Made by a program: the position numbers and the translations under genes
NCBI RefSeq assembly: GCF_006345805.1
Contig: NC_043011.1
Location: 11,656,001-11,720,000 of the forward strand
Source of the DNA: Octopus sinensis
Taxonomy: Eukaryota
DNA length: 64,000 nt
Direction: 5' to 3'
Part shown: positions 41,178-52,943 of the stretch, piece by piece
Position numbering within the stretch: position 1 is the stretch's first letter
Layout of the letters: each line of letters starts with the position of its first letter
The notes under the pieces: model-generated
What the model was told of the DNA's origin: nothing
The model's database searches: none
What the model saw: the letters and a program-made list of their open reading frames with translations, nothing else

Positions 41178-41520
41178 ACTCTTTTACTCTTTTACTTGTT
41201 TCAGTCATATGACTGTGGGCATGCTAGAGCATCGCCTTTAATCGAGCAACTCGACCCCGGGACTTATTCTTTTGTAAGCCCAGTACTTATTCTATCGGTC
41301 TCTTTTGCCGAACCGCTAAGTAACGGGGGCATAAACACACCAGCATCGGTTGTTAAGCACATATATATACATATATACGATGGACTTCTTTCAGTTTCCG
41401 TCTACCAAATCCACTCACAGGGCTTTAGAAGACACTTGCCCAAGGTGCCACACAGTGGGACTGAACCCGGAACCGTGTGGTTGGTAAACAAGCTACTTAC
41501 CACACAGCCACTCCTGCGCC
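41178..41520 (-). mobile_element. SINE family A with small internal deletions
   Basis: Matches the other family A copies. Confidence 0.82.
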
Positions 41521-41556
41521 TATATATATATCATATATATCATATATATCATATAT

Positions 41557-41633
<77 letters not shown>

Positions 41634-41634
<1 letters not shown>

Positions 41635-42914
41635 GAGGGGCGTTCAATAAGTAATGCCTCTGACCCACTTGCAGTTGTTTGATCTAGCTGAAATTTTGCA
41701 TGTGCAATTACCTATATCTCCATAGATTAAGTGGCAAATTACAGCTCTGAACTAATTGTGCTTTCAGATTTACAGGTGTTTGAACTGAGTCAAGTGTGAA
41801 ACGGAGCCTGTTGAGTGTCGAGCAGTGATGCGGTTTTTGTATTTGAAAGGATGCACACCACGGGAGACTTTTGATGAAATAAAAGTAACTTATGGTGATG
41901 ATGCCCCATCATATGACCTTGTAAAACGCTGGCATCGTGAATTCAAACATGGTCGGAACTTTGTGGAAGCAGCTCCCAGATCTGGTCGCCCCCTTCTGCC
42001 ATTGATGAGGCATCTGTCCGTCAAGTTGAGGCTGCCATTTTGGAAGATCGACGCATAACTATTCGCCAAATAGCCCATGAGGTCAAGATTAGTACCGGGT
42101 CTGTGGAAACTATCATTCATGACCATTTGCATATGCAAAAGGTGTCTGCCAGATGGATTCCCAGGCTGCTCACACCTTTCCAGAAGCAAGAACCCGTCGA
42201 TAGCGCGAGGATGAATTTGAAGATGTGCCAAGAAGATGAGTCAAAATTTTTCAAAAGACTGACTACACAGGATGAAACCTGGGTCCATCACTATGATCCA
42301 GAGACCAAATCCCAGTCAATGCAGTGGAAGCACCGTGACTCACCTCCTCCAAAGAAGGCAAGGGTGCAGCTCTCCGCTGGCAAGGTCATGCTCACAGTCT
42401 TCTGGGACCAGGACGGAGTAGTGATGACAGATTTCTTGGCAAAGGGTGCCACAATTACAGGAGTCTATTATGCTTCACTTTTGAGGAAATTAAGAGAAGC
42501 TATCAAAATCAAGAGGCGAGGCAAGATCAGCAAAGGCATCCTCCTCCTGCAGGACAACGCTCCGGTCCACAACTCGCGTGTCGCCAGATCAGAAGCACAG
42601 GCGTGCGGCTATGAACTCATCCCCCATCTCCTGAGCTGCACCCTCTGATTTTCACCTCTTCCCAGCCATGAAGTTGTTTTTGAAAGGAAAGCGTTTCCCA
42701 GATGATGCAGCCTTGATTTCTGAAGTCACGTCGTGGTTGGAGGACCAAGCTGGGGTCTTCTACAAAAACGGTCTTCAGAGCTGCATCAAACGATGGGAGA
42801 AATGCGTAACTCTGAGTAGTTCCTATGTAGAAAAAGACTAATAATTGTGCCAAGTTTCGTTGCTCTACTGCTATAGGAAGTGGGTCAGGGGCATTACTTA
42901 TTGAACGCCCCTCG
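41634..42914 (+). mobile_element. Mariner DNA transposon, 1281 bp, frameshifted DD34D transposase
   Basis: 37-bp TIRs CGAGGGGCGTTCAATAAGTAATGCC(T/C)CTGACCCACTT, TA flanks; HTH segment, TQDETWVHHYDPE, LQDNAPVH, APSDFHLFP; frameshift near 42000 and a deletion near 42630. Confidence 0.96.
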
Positions 42915-42932
42915 TATATATATATATATATA

Positions 42933-43324
42933 CTAGCAGTATCGCCCGGCGTTGCTCGGGTTTGTAAGGGAAATAACTATATAAGCATTTTTAGAGAGTT
43001 ATAGCCAAAAAATATGTTTTAAAAATGCATTAAAAATTGAAAAAAAATTAAGGTAATTTTTTTTTAAATCGTTGACACATCGTAGATATTTTTAGAGAGT
43101 TACTTCCCTTATATAATAACGAAAAATATGCATTAAAATGGAAAAATATGATGGTAAATTTTTTTTAAATCGTAGACTCATCGTAGACGCGCGCTAATAC
43201 CCAGAAGGGCTCGATATGAATCACGACTATAAGATACCCGCTATAAGATACCGCAAAATGTGGGAGTAGTTACGAATCTAAATCGTAGGAGACAGACACA
43301 CAACTTCACTCTTATATATAAAGA
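42933..43324 (-). mobile_element. Non-autonomous Helitron-like element
   Basis: Minus strand A|TC 5' end; CCCGAGCAACGCCGGG hairpin followed by CTAG|T 3' end. Confidence 0.7.
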
Positions 43325-43437
43325 TATAAGCCACGTAGTTATATACACATACTTTGTATATATACACATTCTTAAAAGAAAATGTTATTTTGAACACAAC
43401 ATTTACAAAGAATAAAATATTTTTTGGTTTTTCTTAA

Positions 43438-44259
43438 CCCTTTCGTTACTATATTTATGACCAAAATACACCCCTTATGTGTTTCAATTAATTTCTAACG
43501 TAATCATAAATTTAGTCTGGTTTCATTAAACAACTATAACTTTTTTATTTATGAATATATTAATCTGATTTTTGGAAGATAATTTAGTGAAATGTTCTCA
43601 ACCAATTCTATACTATAATTTTTGTCACAAAGTGACTCTAATTGCAGGTAGATACAAGTAAATTCAACAATATATAAAATTATTAAAATTTTGTTCAAAC
43701 ATCGCTATAGAAAATGGGTTATTAGCTAATATTCAATTGGGTATACAACAAAATTTTACGATAGAATTTGTTATTCTGGGTAACTTTCTAATACCCATAA
43801 TAATATTTATGGCAAAATAGGCCTTAATTTCATTTAAGGTTGTGGGAAATAACAAACTATCGTTTCTTTCGCTTTGTTTAGGTTGAGATCATATACCACA
43901 TGCTTTTTTTTTCAGTCATAGAGTTAGATTTATGAAGGTCTTCAGTAGAAAATCCTTCGAATTCTGACTCGCTGCTTGATATAATGAAATTCGTATCCAT
44001 TTTTTGTCAGAATTACAAATTTTGAAAACACAATAGGAACAAATTTCGGGAAAAAATCTCCCATAATTCACGGAATTAAAATTACAAATCGATTTTTGTA
44101 CAAAACTGTAGTTGAACTGTTTACGAAATATAATACGTGTTTTCACGAATGTTCTAAAGAGATTTACTCTGATATTCTCATTTAAATATGAATAGGTAAA
44201 TTCGGGCGGCTTGGTCACATTAACCAAAAATTTTTTCGGGCGGTTTGGTAACGAAATGG
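43438..44259. mobile_element. piggyBac-like non-autonomous element, 822 bp
   Basis: TTAA|CCCTTTCGTTAC…GTAACGAAATGG|TTAA. Confidence 0.78.
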
Positions 44260-44663
44260 TTAAACGGATGCATACATTTATTAATAACTATATATCAGTG
44301 TCGTCTGTTTATACATAAACACTGTTTCATACTGCAATTATATATACATATATCTATATATAATATTATATAATAAAATATATACAGAGTAAAATAAAAA
44401 CCAATTTACCTTTTCTGTATTGTTATTCGACCGTCCGCGTGTCTTTGCAAATGTGTTGGAATGATAAGTGAGTTGTGTTTTGGCGCCTTTTTTACTAATA
44501 ACAAACACACACGTGTTTGTATGTAGTTGTTTGAAACGTTTGTGTTTGCCACTCTCATATATGTATGTGTATGCGTGTGTGTGAGGAATGACACACACAC
44601 ACTCACGCACGCACACATGTACATCAATGCTTTTATGAGCGTCATAGAGAGAAACAAATATTA

Positions 44664-44722
44664 CATCGCCATCGCCATAGCCATCGCCATCGCCATAGCC
44701 ATCGCCATAGCCATCGCTATCG
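44664..44722 (+). repeat. Hexamer microsatellite (CATCGC/CATAGC)n
   Basis: Read directly from the sequence. Confidence 0.9.
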
Positions 44723-45227
44723 CATTCTATTTTCTACCTGTCAACACACAGTGAATTAGTTTCAGTTTATTCATTGCACACTGTGTGTGTGCGTTTGCGT
44801 GTGCTGTAAACCAGACTAATAAAAGCATTTGACACACACACCAGAATGTGAGTTTTCTGTAAATTTTGCTTAATTGGAGTTTAAAATTTAAAAACTGGAC
44901 CTGGCATGACGCGATGCGTTGTACTCTTAAAAATGCTAGGTAAATTGTAATTGAAGAAATCCTATATTGTAGATTTGTATAACTCCCAAAGGGAGGCAGA
45001 TAAAATCTGCCTTTTATAATAAGAGATACGCCACGATAGATCGTTAGCTCCTACACGAATTTTTTTCTCTCCTTGTTTCTCTCCTTCTGTGTATCTTTCT
45101 GTCGAAGAGCGTAGGCTCGAAACGTAAAAGACTTTCTCTATTTCTATTCCTGAGCGCTATACTAATACATTTGTTTGTTTGTACTCCACCTGCCTTCGTC
45201 TTTTGTTTATTTTCGTAAACTTTCCCG

Positions 45228-45259
<32 letters not shown>

Positions 45260-46257
45260 CTGCAAAAGTAGATATTTTAAATGCAAATAATATTCACAAC
45301 TTTACCACCTTTCACCAGACACACATACTTAATTTCTTTAACCATGCAACTACCAAAAAGTTTGGTATTAAAATTACCGATTTACAGTAGCACTATGTAT
45401 CACTATAGAATGCTGTACAATGGAGGCAAGCACAGTTTGAAAACGCAAAAAACACACATTTTGCGGTATCATTTTCGTGTCAAAGTAAAATTTTTTTCCA
45501 TAAAAAATTATGTCTCATTTAAAAGCTCTAGATGCGACCTTGCTTACCATATTGTTTTAATTTAAAATCCAATAATTGAATATATCCACACATTTACAAA
45601 GTTTGTCCCTTTTTTTTTTGACTACTGAATGGTTATCCCTCGTTTTAGTTCAAAGCGCTAGAACGCTATAATTCGAGTTGTACATAGTCACAAAGAGGGA
45701 TGTTTTTGCCTTATTTTGATATAAAGATCGATAGGGGTAGGTCAGATAATCGTTACGAAATATAAGAGTGAAAATTTTATCTTTAATTTTCACTTTTCAT
45801 AAATATAAATGATTAATTTATTTTCATAAATATAAATCACAAATTTTACAATTTTTTTTTATAAAAAAAGCTTATCATCGTCATTTCCAAGACCGTGATG
45901 CAAAAAAAAAAAAAGGAAAAAAATCACCGTCAAAACGGAGAAAATCCAACTTATGTGAGTGTCAAAATTTCAGAATAGGACTTATTTAGCTCTCTACCAA
46001 CAACAAATATGCTAAAACCCAAGTGCCTGTGGCTTGTATTTTTGGATTCATCTAGGCCTGAAAACAGCGAAATTGATTGTAACATGCAACAAAATAGGCT
46101 TGACTTAAACATTTTAAAAAATTGCCCCCCAGAAAAATTTTCTTTCCAAGTACTTGAAAAAGGAAAAGGAACTGATATACCATGGTTACTATTGTGTAAT
46201 TTGAAGATGATTATCACCATAGTTTCAAAGATATGACATTATGAAGGTGGCTAATAA

Positions 46258-46840
46258 GGCGGCGAGCTGGCAGAAACGTTAGCACGCCGGGCAAAATGCT
46301 TAGCGGTATCTCGTCTGTCTTTAAGTTCTGAGTTCAAATTCCGCCGAGGTTGACTTTGCCGTTCATCCTTTCGGGGTCGATTAAATAAGTACCAGTTACG
46401 CACTGGGGTCGATATAATCGACTTAATCCGTTTAATAAGGCGGCGAGCTGGCAGAAACGTTAGCACGCCGGGCGAAATGCATAGCCGTATTTCGTCTGCC
46501 GTTACGTTCTGAGTTCAAAATTCCGCCGTGGTCGACTTCGCCTTTCATCCTTTCGGGGTCGATTAAATAAGTACCAGTTACGCACTGGGGTCGTATAATC
46601 GACTTAATCCGTTTGTCTGTCCTTGTTTGTCCCCTCTGTGTTTAGCCCCCTGTGGGTAGTAAAGAAATAGGTATTTCGTTTGCCACTACGTCCGGAGTCC
46701 GAATTCTGCCGAGGTCGACTTTGCCTTTCATCCTTTCGGGGTCGATAAATTAAGTACCAGCTACACACTGGGGTCGATATAATCGACTATCTTCCTCCCC
46801 CAAATTTCAGGCCTTGTGCCTATAGTAGAAAGGATTATAA
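46258..46840 (+). mobile_element. Head-to-tail cluster of three SINE family B units
   Basis: Units start at 46258, 46439 and ~46670 (the third is 5'-truncated and has a different tail). Confidence 0.87.
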
Positions 46841-46922
46841 AAATGGCTAATTATTCATTTAGGTAAGATTTTGACCAATTCACTGAAATTTGGATGAATA
46901 TTCTAGGGAATATGACAATTGG

Positions 46923-47273
46923 ATGAATATTTTAGAAATGAAATATCGAAATGTTTCTTTGGATGCTCTCCAAGTAAAAAGTACTGTAGAAATTACATTT
47001 GAATATTTTCAAAATTTCATAGTGATGCCTAGTAGTACCTGCTAACTCCACAATTTCTTTCTCACCTGTGATACAAGAGAGCATTAATTTAAATCAATCA
47101 AAAGCAACTATTTAATTATACAAGGAGCTGAATAATGTGAAAACATCGTAACAGGGTATTTTCAAACATTTCAGGATAAAATCGAATATTACTTTCCATC
47201 GTTGACTCTATGGTCATTTCTCTGCATAAACAACCTCTCATTGTACTAGAATGTACCATAAGTAAAGAACAGG
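46923..47273 (+). repeat. Direct repeat copy 2 (of 37861-38213)
   Basis: See copy 1. Confidence 0.95.
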
Positions 47274-47342
47274 TTTGATACAATCGCGAACATCAACTAT
47301 AAAAACTGAGAACATATTCATTGGATCACCGAAGAAGCTTAC

Positions 47343-47489
47343 CTTGTCCTTAGATATAATTTCTGGCCTGAATACGCTTTCGACTGTTTATCAACAGTAA
47401 TCCAAGTATTTTGTCCGTCAGGACTAAACTCAATTTTCAAGCCTGGAATTGCTGAATTGGCATGTATCTGACCAGTAGTGCTATTAATT
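47343..47489 (-). CDS. GH20 chitobiase-like hexosaminidase exon (C-terminal Ig-like domain)
   Basis: TTATAG/GTAAGC; 147 bp, phase 2-2. INSTTGQIHANSAIPGLKIEFSPDGQNTW...LYLRT; phases fit both neighbouring exons. Confidence 0.85.
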
Positions 47490-48765
47490 CTATAATAGAA
47501 AAACAAAGAGACAAGAGCCAAAAAGTTGCCAATGACTAGGAGCATGAACAATAAATAATCTAATCGTTTATAGTGAAAGCCACTTTTCTCAATGAAAACA
47601 GCTTCGTTTCGATTTCTACTTATATATTTTCATATCAATTACACCACAAATGTACAATGAACGAGCGTGAATCCTCACAACATTTCACTCCTTACTCATC
47701 AAATTTTTTAGGCTCTGTGCCTATAAAATAATGTAATACCACTTATATTACTCGATACTCATCCGAAGGAATTTAAAGGTAACATCATCCAAGAGTAGAG
47801 TAAGAAAATCCACGAATCAGGTACTCCAAATCAGTCGGAAGGACGTAGAGGTGTCCGTGCGGAAAATAGTCTATTCAAATAAACGAATAATAAAATTAAC
47901 AATAATAGATAATAAGAGCACGTGCAGAAGGAATGTATTAGTTTGACACTTAAGTAAAAAGAGAGTTTTTGACGTTTCGGACATAGCTCTTCATCGCCAA
48001 CAGCTCGAGCTGTTGGAAATTTCTTTTCCTTCTTTGGTTTTTTTTCTCTTTCTCCTTTCCGATGAAGAGCTATGCTTGAAACGTGAAAAACTCACTTCTT
48101 TTACTGAGTGTCAAACTAAAACTGCAGTACATGCATCGATTATTTCTGTCGTTCTATGCTGTAAGGTTGTTCCCGATTTATTATCTTGACCTTTTTTCAA
48201 TAATTGTTAGTGATTTTTTCCTTTTTCTCCTCTTGTTGTCTGGTATTGTTAATTTTATTTTCGTTTATTTGAATTGACTATATATATATATATACGCACA
48301 CACTCATGCACGCACACACACACACACACACATTCACTGATCCTGAGATTGAACCAAGTAAACTGACACACCCAACACACGACACTTAACGTTTGTATTA
48401 CATTAATTCATAGGTAACAAAAATTAAAAACTTCGGATTCAATTTTTTCATGGCCTTATACCTAATGTTCTTTCTAATTTAATTAAAGGCACCGCAATGT
48501 TACTAATTTTTTATTTATTAAGCCCACTGAAGAAGTTATCAGACTCCAGTACATGCATCGATTATTTCTATCATTCTATGTAGTATGGTTGTTCCTAATT
48601 TATTATCTTGACTTTTTTCAATAAAGGTTAGTGATTTCTTCCTTTTTCTCCGAATTCATTCTACGAATTCGTAGGTAGGATTAGCCGGGATCGGCCCAAT
48701 ATCGAGTAAGCCTCGATCCTCTGTAAAAAAAAAAGATTCTTCTCGGTTTGTGAGTATAATTAAAG

Positions 48766-49151
48766 GGTGGAGGCGCAATGGCCCAGTGGTTAGGGTAGTG
48801 GACTTGCGGTCATAGGATCGCGGTTTCGATTCCCAGACCGGGCGTTGTGAGTGTTTATTGAGCGAAAACACCTAAAACTCCACGAGGCTCCGGCAGGGGA
48901 TGGTGGTGATCCCTGCTGTACTCTTTCACCACAACTTTCTCTCACTCTTACTTCCTGTTTCTGTTGTACCTGTATTTCAAAGGGCCGGCCTTGTCACTCT
49001 CTGTGTCACGCTGAATATCCCCGAGAACTACGTTAAGGGTACATGTGTCTGTGGAGTGCTCAGCCACTTACACGTTAATTTCACGAGCAGGCTGTTCCGT
49101 TGATTTGGATCAACCGGAACCCTCGTCTTCGTAACCGACGGAGTGCTTCCC
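48766..49151 (+). mobile_element. SINE family C (tail variant 2) with 10-bp TSD
   Basis: A-box TGGCCCAGTGG, B-box GGTTTCGATTCC; TSD ATAATTAAAG at 48756-65 and 49152-61. Confidence 0.88.
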
Positions 49152-49589
49152 ATAATTAAAGATACACCTGAAGAAGGTCAGCTAGTACAACGATCATATT
49201 GTTATGACTATAACAATCACGAAGAGGAAACCAGTGTATAACAGTAATTCATAATCTGAGAAATTCGTTTCTTAAAATTCAGGTAAAATATAATAAATGG
49301 GATATATCTGTGATTGCAATGGCGCAATAATTACTGCAGAGATTAACATTTAACATTGCTTGTACAAGATCTTTCCTCAAAGATTCATGTGTATGCGACT
49401 GTTATGAAATGCATCATGCATAGTTGGTGACGATCTACTGGAGCTTACCATAGATTTCACAACATTGATACATCTCTCCGTGGATAGGAACATCAGTCTG
49501 TCTTCCAAGAAACTAACGAAACATTGGTTAATTATGCAGTACTTCCTTTCTTTTAGTGCTTATTTTATCTTGACATGGAATAGGTACTA

Positions 49590-50800
49590 AAAAGTTTAAC
49601 AGATTTGCCCCTGCTGTTGAACCAGTTATCATTTCTTAACAAGCCAAATTACAACCAATCAGATCTATATCTACAACAAAACCAACAGCTGGGTTTCCCT
49701 CACTATATTGAGGATGGGTTTCAGAAAGGACGGATAACAAGGTCCGTCTTTGTGGATCTATCTGCAGAATTGGACACTGTAAACCACCGTCTCCTCTTGA
49801 AAAAATTTTGAAATTGACGAAAGACTTGGTGCATACAGATCTCATTGGAGTCCACCTGAATGACAGGTACTTTGTTGTTTTGAACAAAAGCAAAATCGCT
49901 GACGGCAGCAACGGGATGGCTTACACCAAAGCATTGTGTTAGTCCCACAACTATGTAACAGAAAACTAAATGGCTCATCTTTGCTGATGATCTCTGTGTA
50001 ACATCCCAAGAGAGTACATCTGAGGCAGTAGAAGCAAACCTTATCTCAGCCCTAAATGAACTACTTCTCTATTATGAACACAACCACTTGCGAAAGCTCA
50101 AGTGAACTATTTTCATTTCAGGAATCATGAAACTAAGTGGCCTCTTAACACGAAATGCTCGGGAACACCGTGGGAGCAATCTACCTATCTATTGCGGAAT
50201 TGTGTTGGATCGCATTCTCTTCTTAAAGGAGCACCTCCAAAACACCAAATCGGAAGTTGGTTCTCGAAACAACATTCTACGGAAACTGTTCAATATCAAA
50301 TAGGGATCCACAGCACACACATTAAGATATACATCTCTGGCCTTGTGCTACCTCTTTGCAGAGTATGCATGTTCTCTCTGGGAGGGATCAGTCCATGCAA
50401 GAAACTTGATCCAACTTTGAACAACATCTGCTGAGTGATCCACTGGTTGCATGAAACCCACTAACACAGATCTGTTACTCCTCCATGGGCGTAAAGCCCG
50501 GCGCTTCTTCAGCCATACTCAGTCCCTAACATCTCGAAAAAGAACCAGACCCCGTTTTTCAATTAACATGCAGGAACCCACTCTGCTGAAGACCTCTCTC
50601 TTGGCTCAGCAGCACCATGGATTCAGTGACAGACATTCAATAACCTGAGAATGAGAAGAGGACGATCAAAAGCTGCTTTAGTCAGATGGGGTCACAAGAC
50701 TGGCAGCAACTGACTGAGAATGTGGAGAGGCAGACCGCACTGCTTCGTCTCTTTTCTTCTACTCAACCCCTGTAGCACAAAAGACTTTGCAGAGTTCAAT
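49590..50800 (+). mobile_element. Degenerate I-group LINE RT fragment (Vingi/Ingi-like)
   Basis: HYIEDGFQKG…VFVDLSAELDTVNHRLLLKK, FADDLC, AEYACSLWEGSVHA…GCMKPTNTD. Clade assignment is from memory. Confidence 0.65.
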
Positions 50801-50946
50801 AAAAACGAAAAGATCTGTGTGAAGAAATGGGAAACTGCTATGTAACTATTACGCTTCAATGAATTCAAAGAAATATTTGAAACATGAATTGCCTTTGTGG
50901 CGGGCAGTGTTAGTGACGGGATATAATTCTCAACTGAAATACATAC

Positions 50947-51190
50947 AAGGCACCAGGCGGCGGTACTCGATACGTAATTCCCATCATATCCAAGCGAAGT
51001 AATTCTCTGTAACCAACTGTAGTTATAAACTCAGTAAAATCAGAAGTTTCGTTCCCTTGTTGAGTTCCATTTTTCTCCCAGTCTGCTTCATGCCATGCTC
51101 GCTCTGCAGCAGCCAGTAATCTTGGGAAGAACATTTCAAAGACTTGTTCATCTGTTCTTACTGATTCGCTCCACACATTACACTGCAGAC
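50947..51190 (-). CDS. GH20 chitobiase-like hexosaminidase exon
   Basis: TCTAG/GTATGT; 244 bp, phase 1-2. GLQCNVWSESVRTDEQVFEMFFPRLLAAAERAWH...YRVPPPGA is the GH20 C-terminal barrel motif followed by the chitobiase 'YRxPxPGA' linker. Confidence 0.93.
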
Positions 51191-51559
51191 CTAGACAAAA
51201 ATATAAAGTGTTGATGAAGATAATAATGACGAAAATAAATGTATAACAAAAGAAGTGTTGGAAAAGAGGTCCATGAAACATTGAATGGCAATTTGGGAAC
51301 TGCGAGCTGGCTAAGGTTTAAGAACTTGAAATTCCTTATGTCGACAAAAGCATGCTGGAGTAGGCGCACCGTATTTCCTCTATAACTAAGAGCTGTACAG
51401 AAGTTTGTTGAGCTACATAAAATAGCAAACAACTTATTTTTAAAATGATTTTCTTTTCCTATGAGTTCTGACTTTTTTCATTTAGTGTTTAACTGGAAAG
51501 CTGAACATTTCGTTTTGTTTTATATTATCACCACCTTAAACCCACCATTAAATCGTAAG

Positions 51560-52130
51560 ACTATATATTCTGTTTGTTTCGTGTTGTGTAAGTCTACTGT
51601 TTTGTCCTTTCCACCGCTCGTCTTAAAATTATCGCCTCGTCAGGAGATCTCTTACATAGATAAAAAATAAAAGTTGCTACCGAATATTAGGAGATGCCTT
51701 TGATGAGCATGAAGTTCTTTCAACAGGAGTCAAAACATTAAGACCAGTTTAAACCCGAGGCAAATGCCTTACAGAGGTTGACATAGAAACATTGCCACAA
51801 AATTTTGCATTCGAGAAACAATTCAAGTGATATGAACTTGGAAATACGCCATTAAAGCGCAGGATGTTATATTGAAAAGACAAAAACTGACAGAGGTAAC
51901 ATTTTAATGAAGAGGACAGAAAATGAATACACCTCGCCGCTGGCATCAAATGAGAAGTGACCAGTCGAGTCGAGAAGACAACGGCTACTAGTGATGAATG
52001 TCACCTCCTCAATGGAAATCAAATAACTGAAGCTTCTTTAGCCTTGCCCTGCCCCCTAACATCTTGAGAAGGAACCAGACTGTAAGTTGTGGTCAGTCGA
52101 GACTAGATGCGTTGTTGTTGCTATTACGCC
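51560..52130 (+). mobile_element. Possible very old Penelope-like 3' remnant
   Basis: Weak 'SYID…EH' GIY-YIG-like trace and a decayed CTTGAGAAGG…GTCGAGACTAG hammerhead-like motif downstream. Confidence 0.25.
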
Positions 52131-52345
52131 CCAGCCCTCTCCTCAGCCAGGATTGAAAGAAAAAGGTGGCAGTATCCGTTGCGAAAGGGGTGGGAGACGA
52201 GGTAGGAGCAGGTGAGTGACAGGAGATGGTAGTGTTAAAACAACAGAGATAGAGATATTGTGGTCGGAAAAGAAAGGGAAGAAATTGACGGTAGGATAGA
52301 GAGGGAGGAGTGTGAGAGAGGAAGTGAAAGGAAAAGAAAGGGAAG

Positions 52346-52397
<52 letters not shown>

Positions 52398-52687
52398 GTG
52401 AGAGAGAGAGAGAGAGAGAGAGAAAGAGTGAAGGAGAGGAAGATAGAAAAGAAAGAACAAAGGAAAAGCAAAGCGAAGAGAGGATGACAGGAAGGGAGGT
52501 GATGGATAACTGCAGGATAGGCAGAAAGAGATATATGGAGTAATAAATTGATGGACAGATTGGGATAAACAGAAAGAGATTGATGGTCGCAGGTTAGAAA
52601 GCATAAAGTTATAAGAAAAAATGAATACTGCTTTGTGTTTTTAATAATGCTGAAAAAAGTGTCAGCAAAGAAATTCACGAGAAAAAT

Positions 52688-52857
52688 ATATTTCTTTACT
52701 ACACACAAGGGGCTAAACACAGAGGGGACAAACAAGGACAGACAAACGGATTAAGTCGATTACATCAACCCCAGTGCGTAACTGGTACTTAATTTATCGA
52801 CCCCGAAAGGATGAAAGGCAAAGTCGACCTCGGCGGAATTTGAACCCAGAACGTAAC
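52688..52857 (-). mobile_element. SINE family B, 5'-truncated
   Basis: Reverse complement of the family B body. Confidence 0.83.
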
Positions 52858-52943
52858 AAAAGACAAACAGACTTGTAGAAATCCGATCAGTTCACCAAAA
52901 TTCGAATCCTGAGGCAATGTTTGAAATTTCATAAAGAACTTAC

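Noticed and set aside
37861-47273. LTR retrotransposon interpretation of the 353-bp direct repeats
   Set aside because: No TG…CA termini, PBS/PPT or gag-pol remnants between the repeats.
48769-48845. tRNA-like sequences (SINE heads of families A-D)
   Set aside because: They have A/B boxes but continue into SINE bodies with TSDs and form no complete cloverleaf, so they are not tRNA genes.
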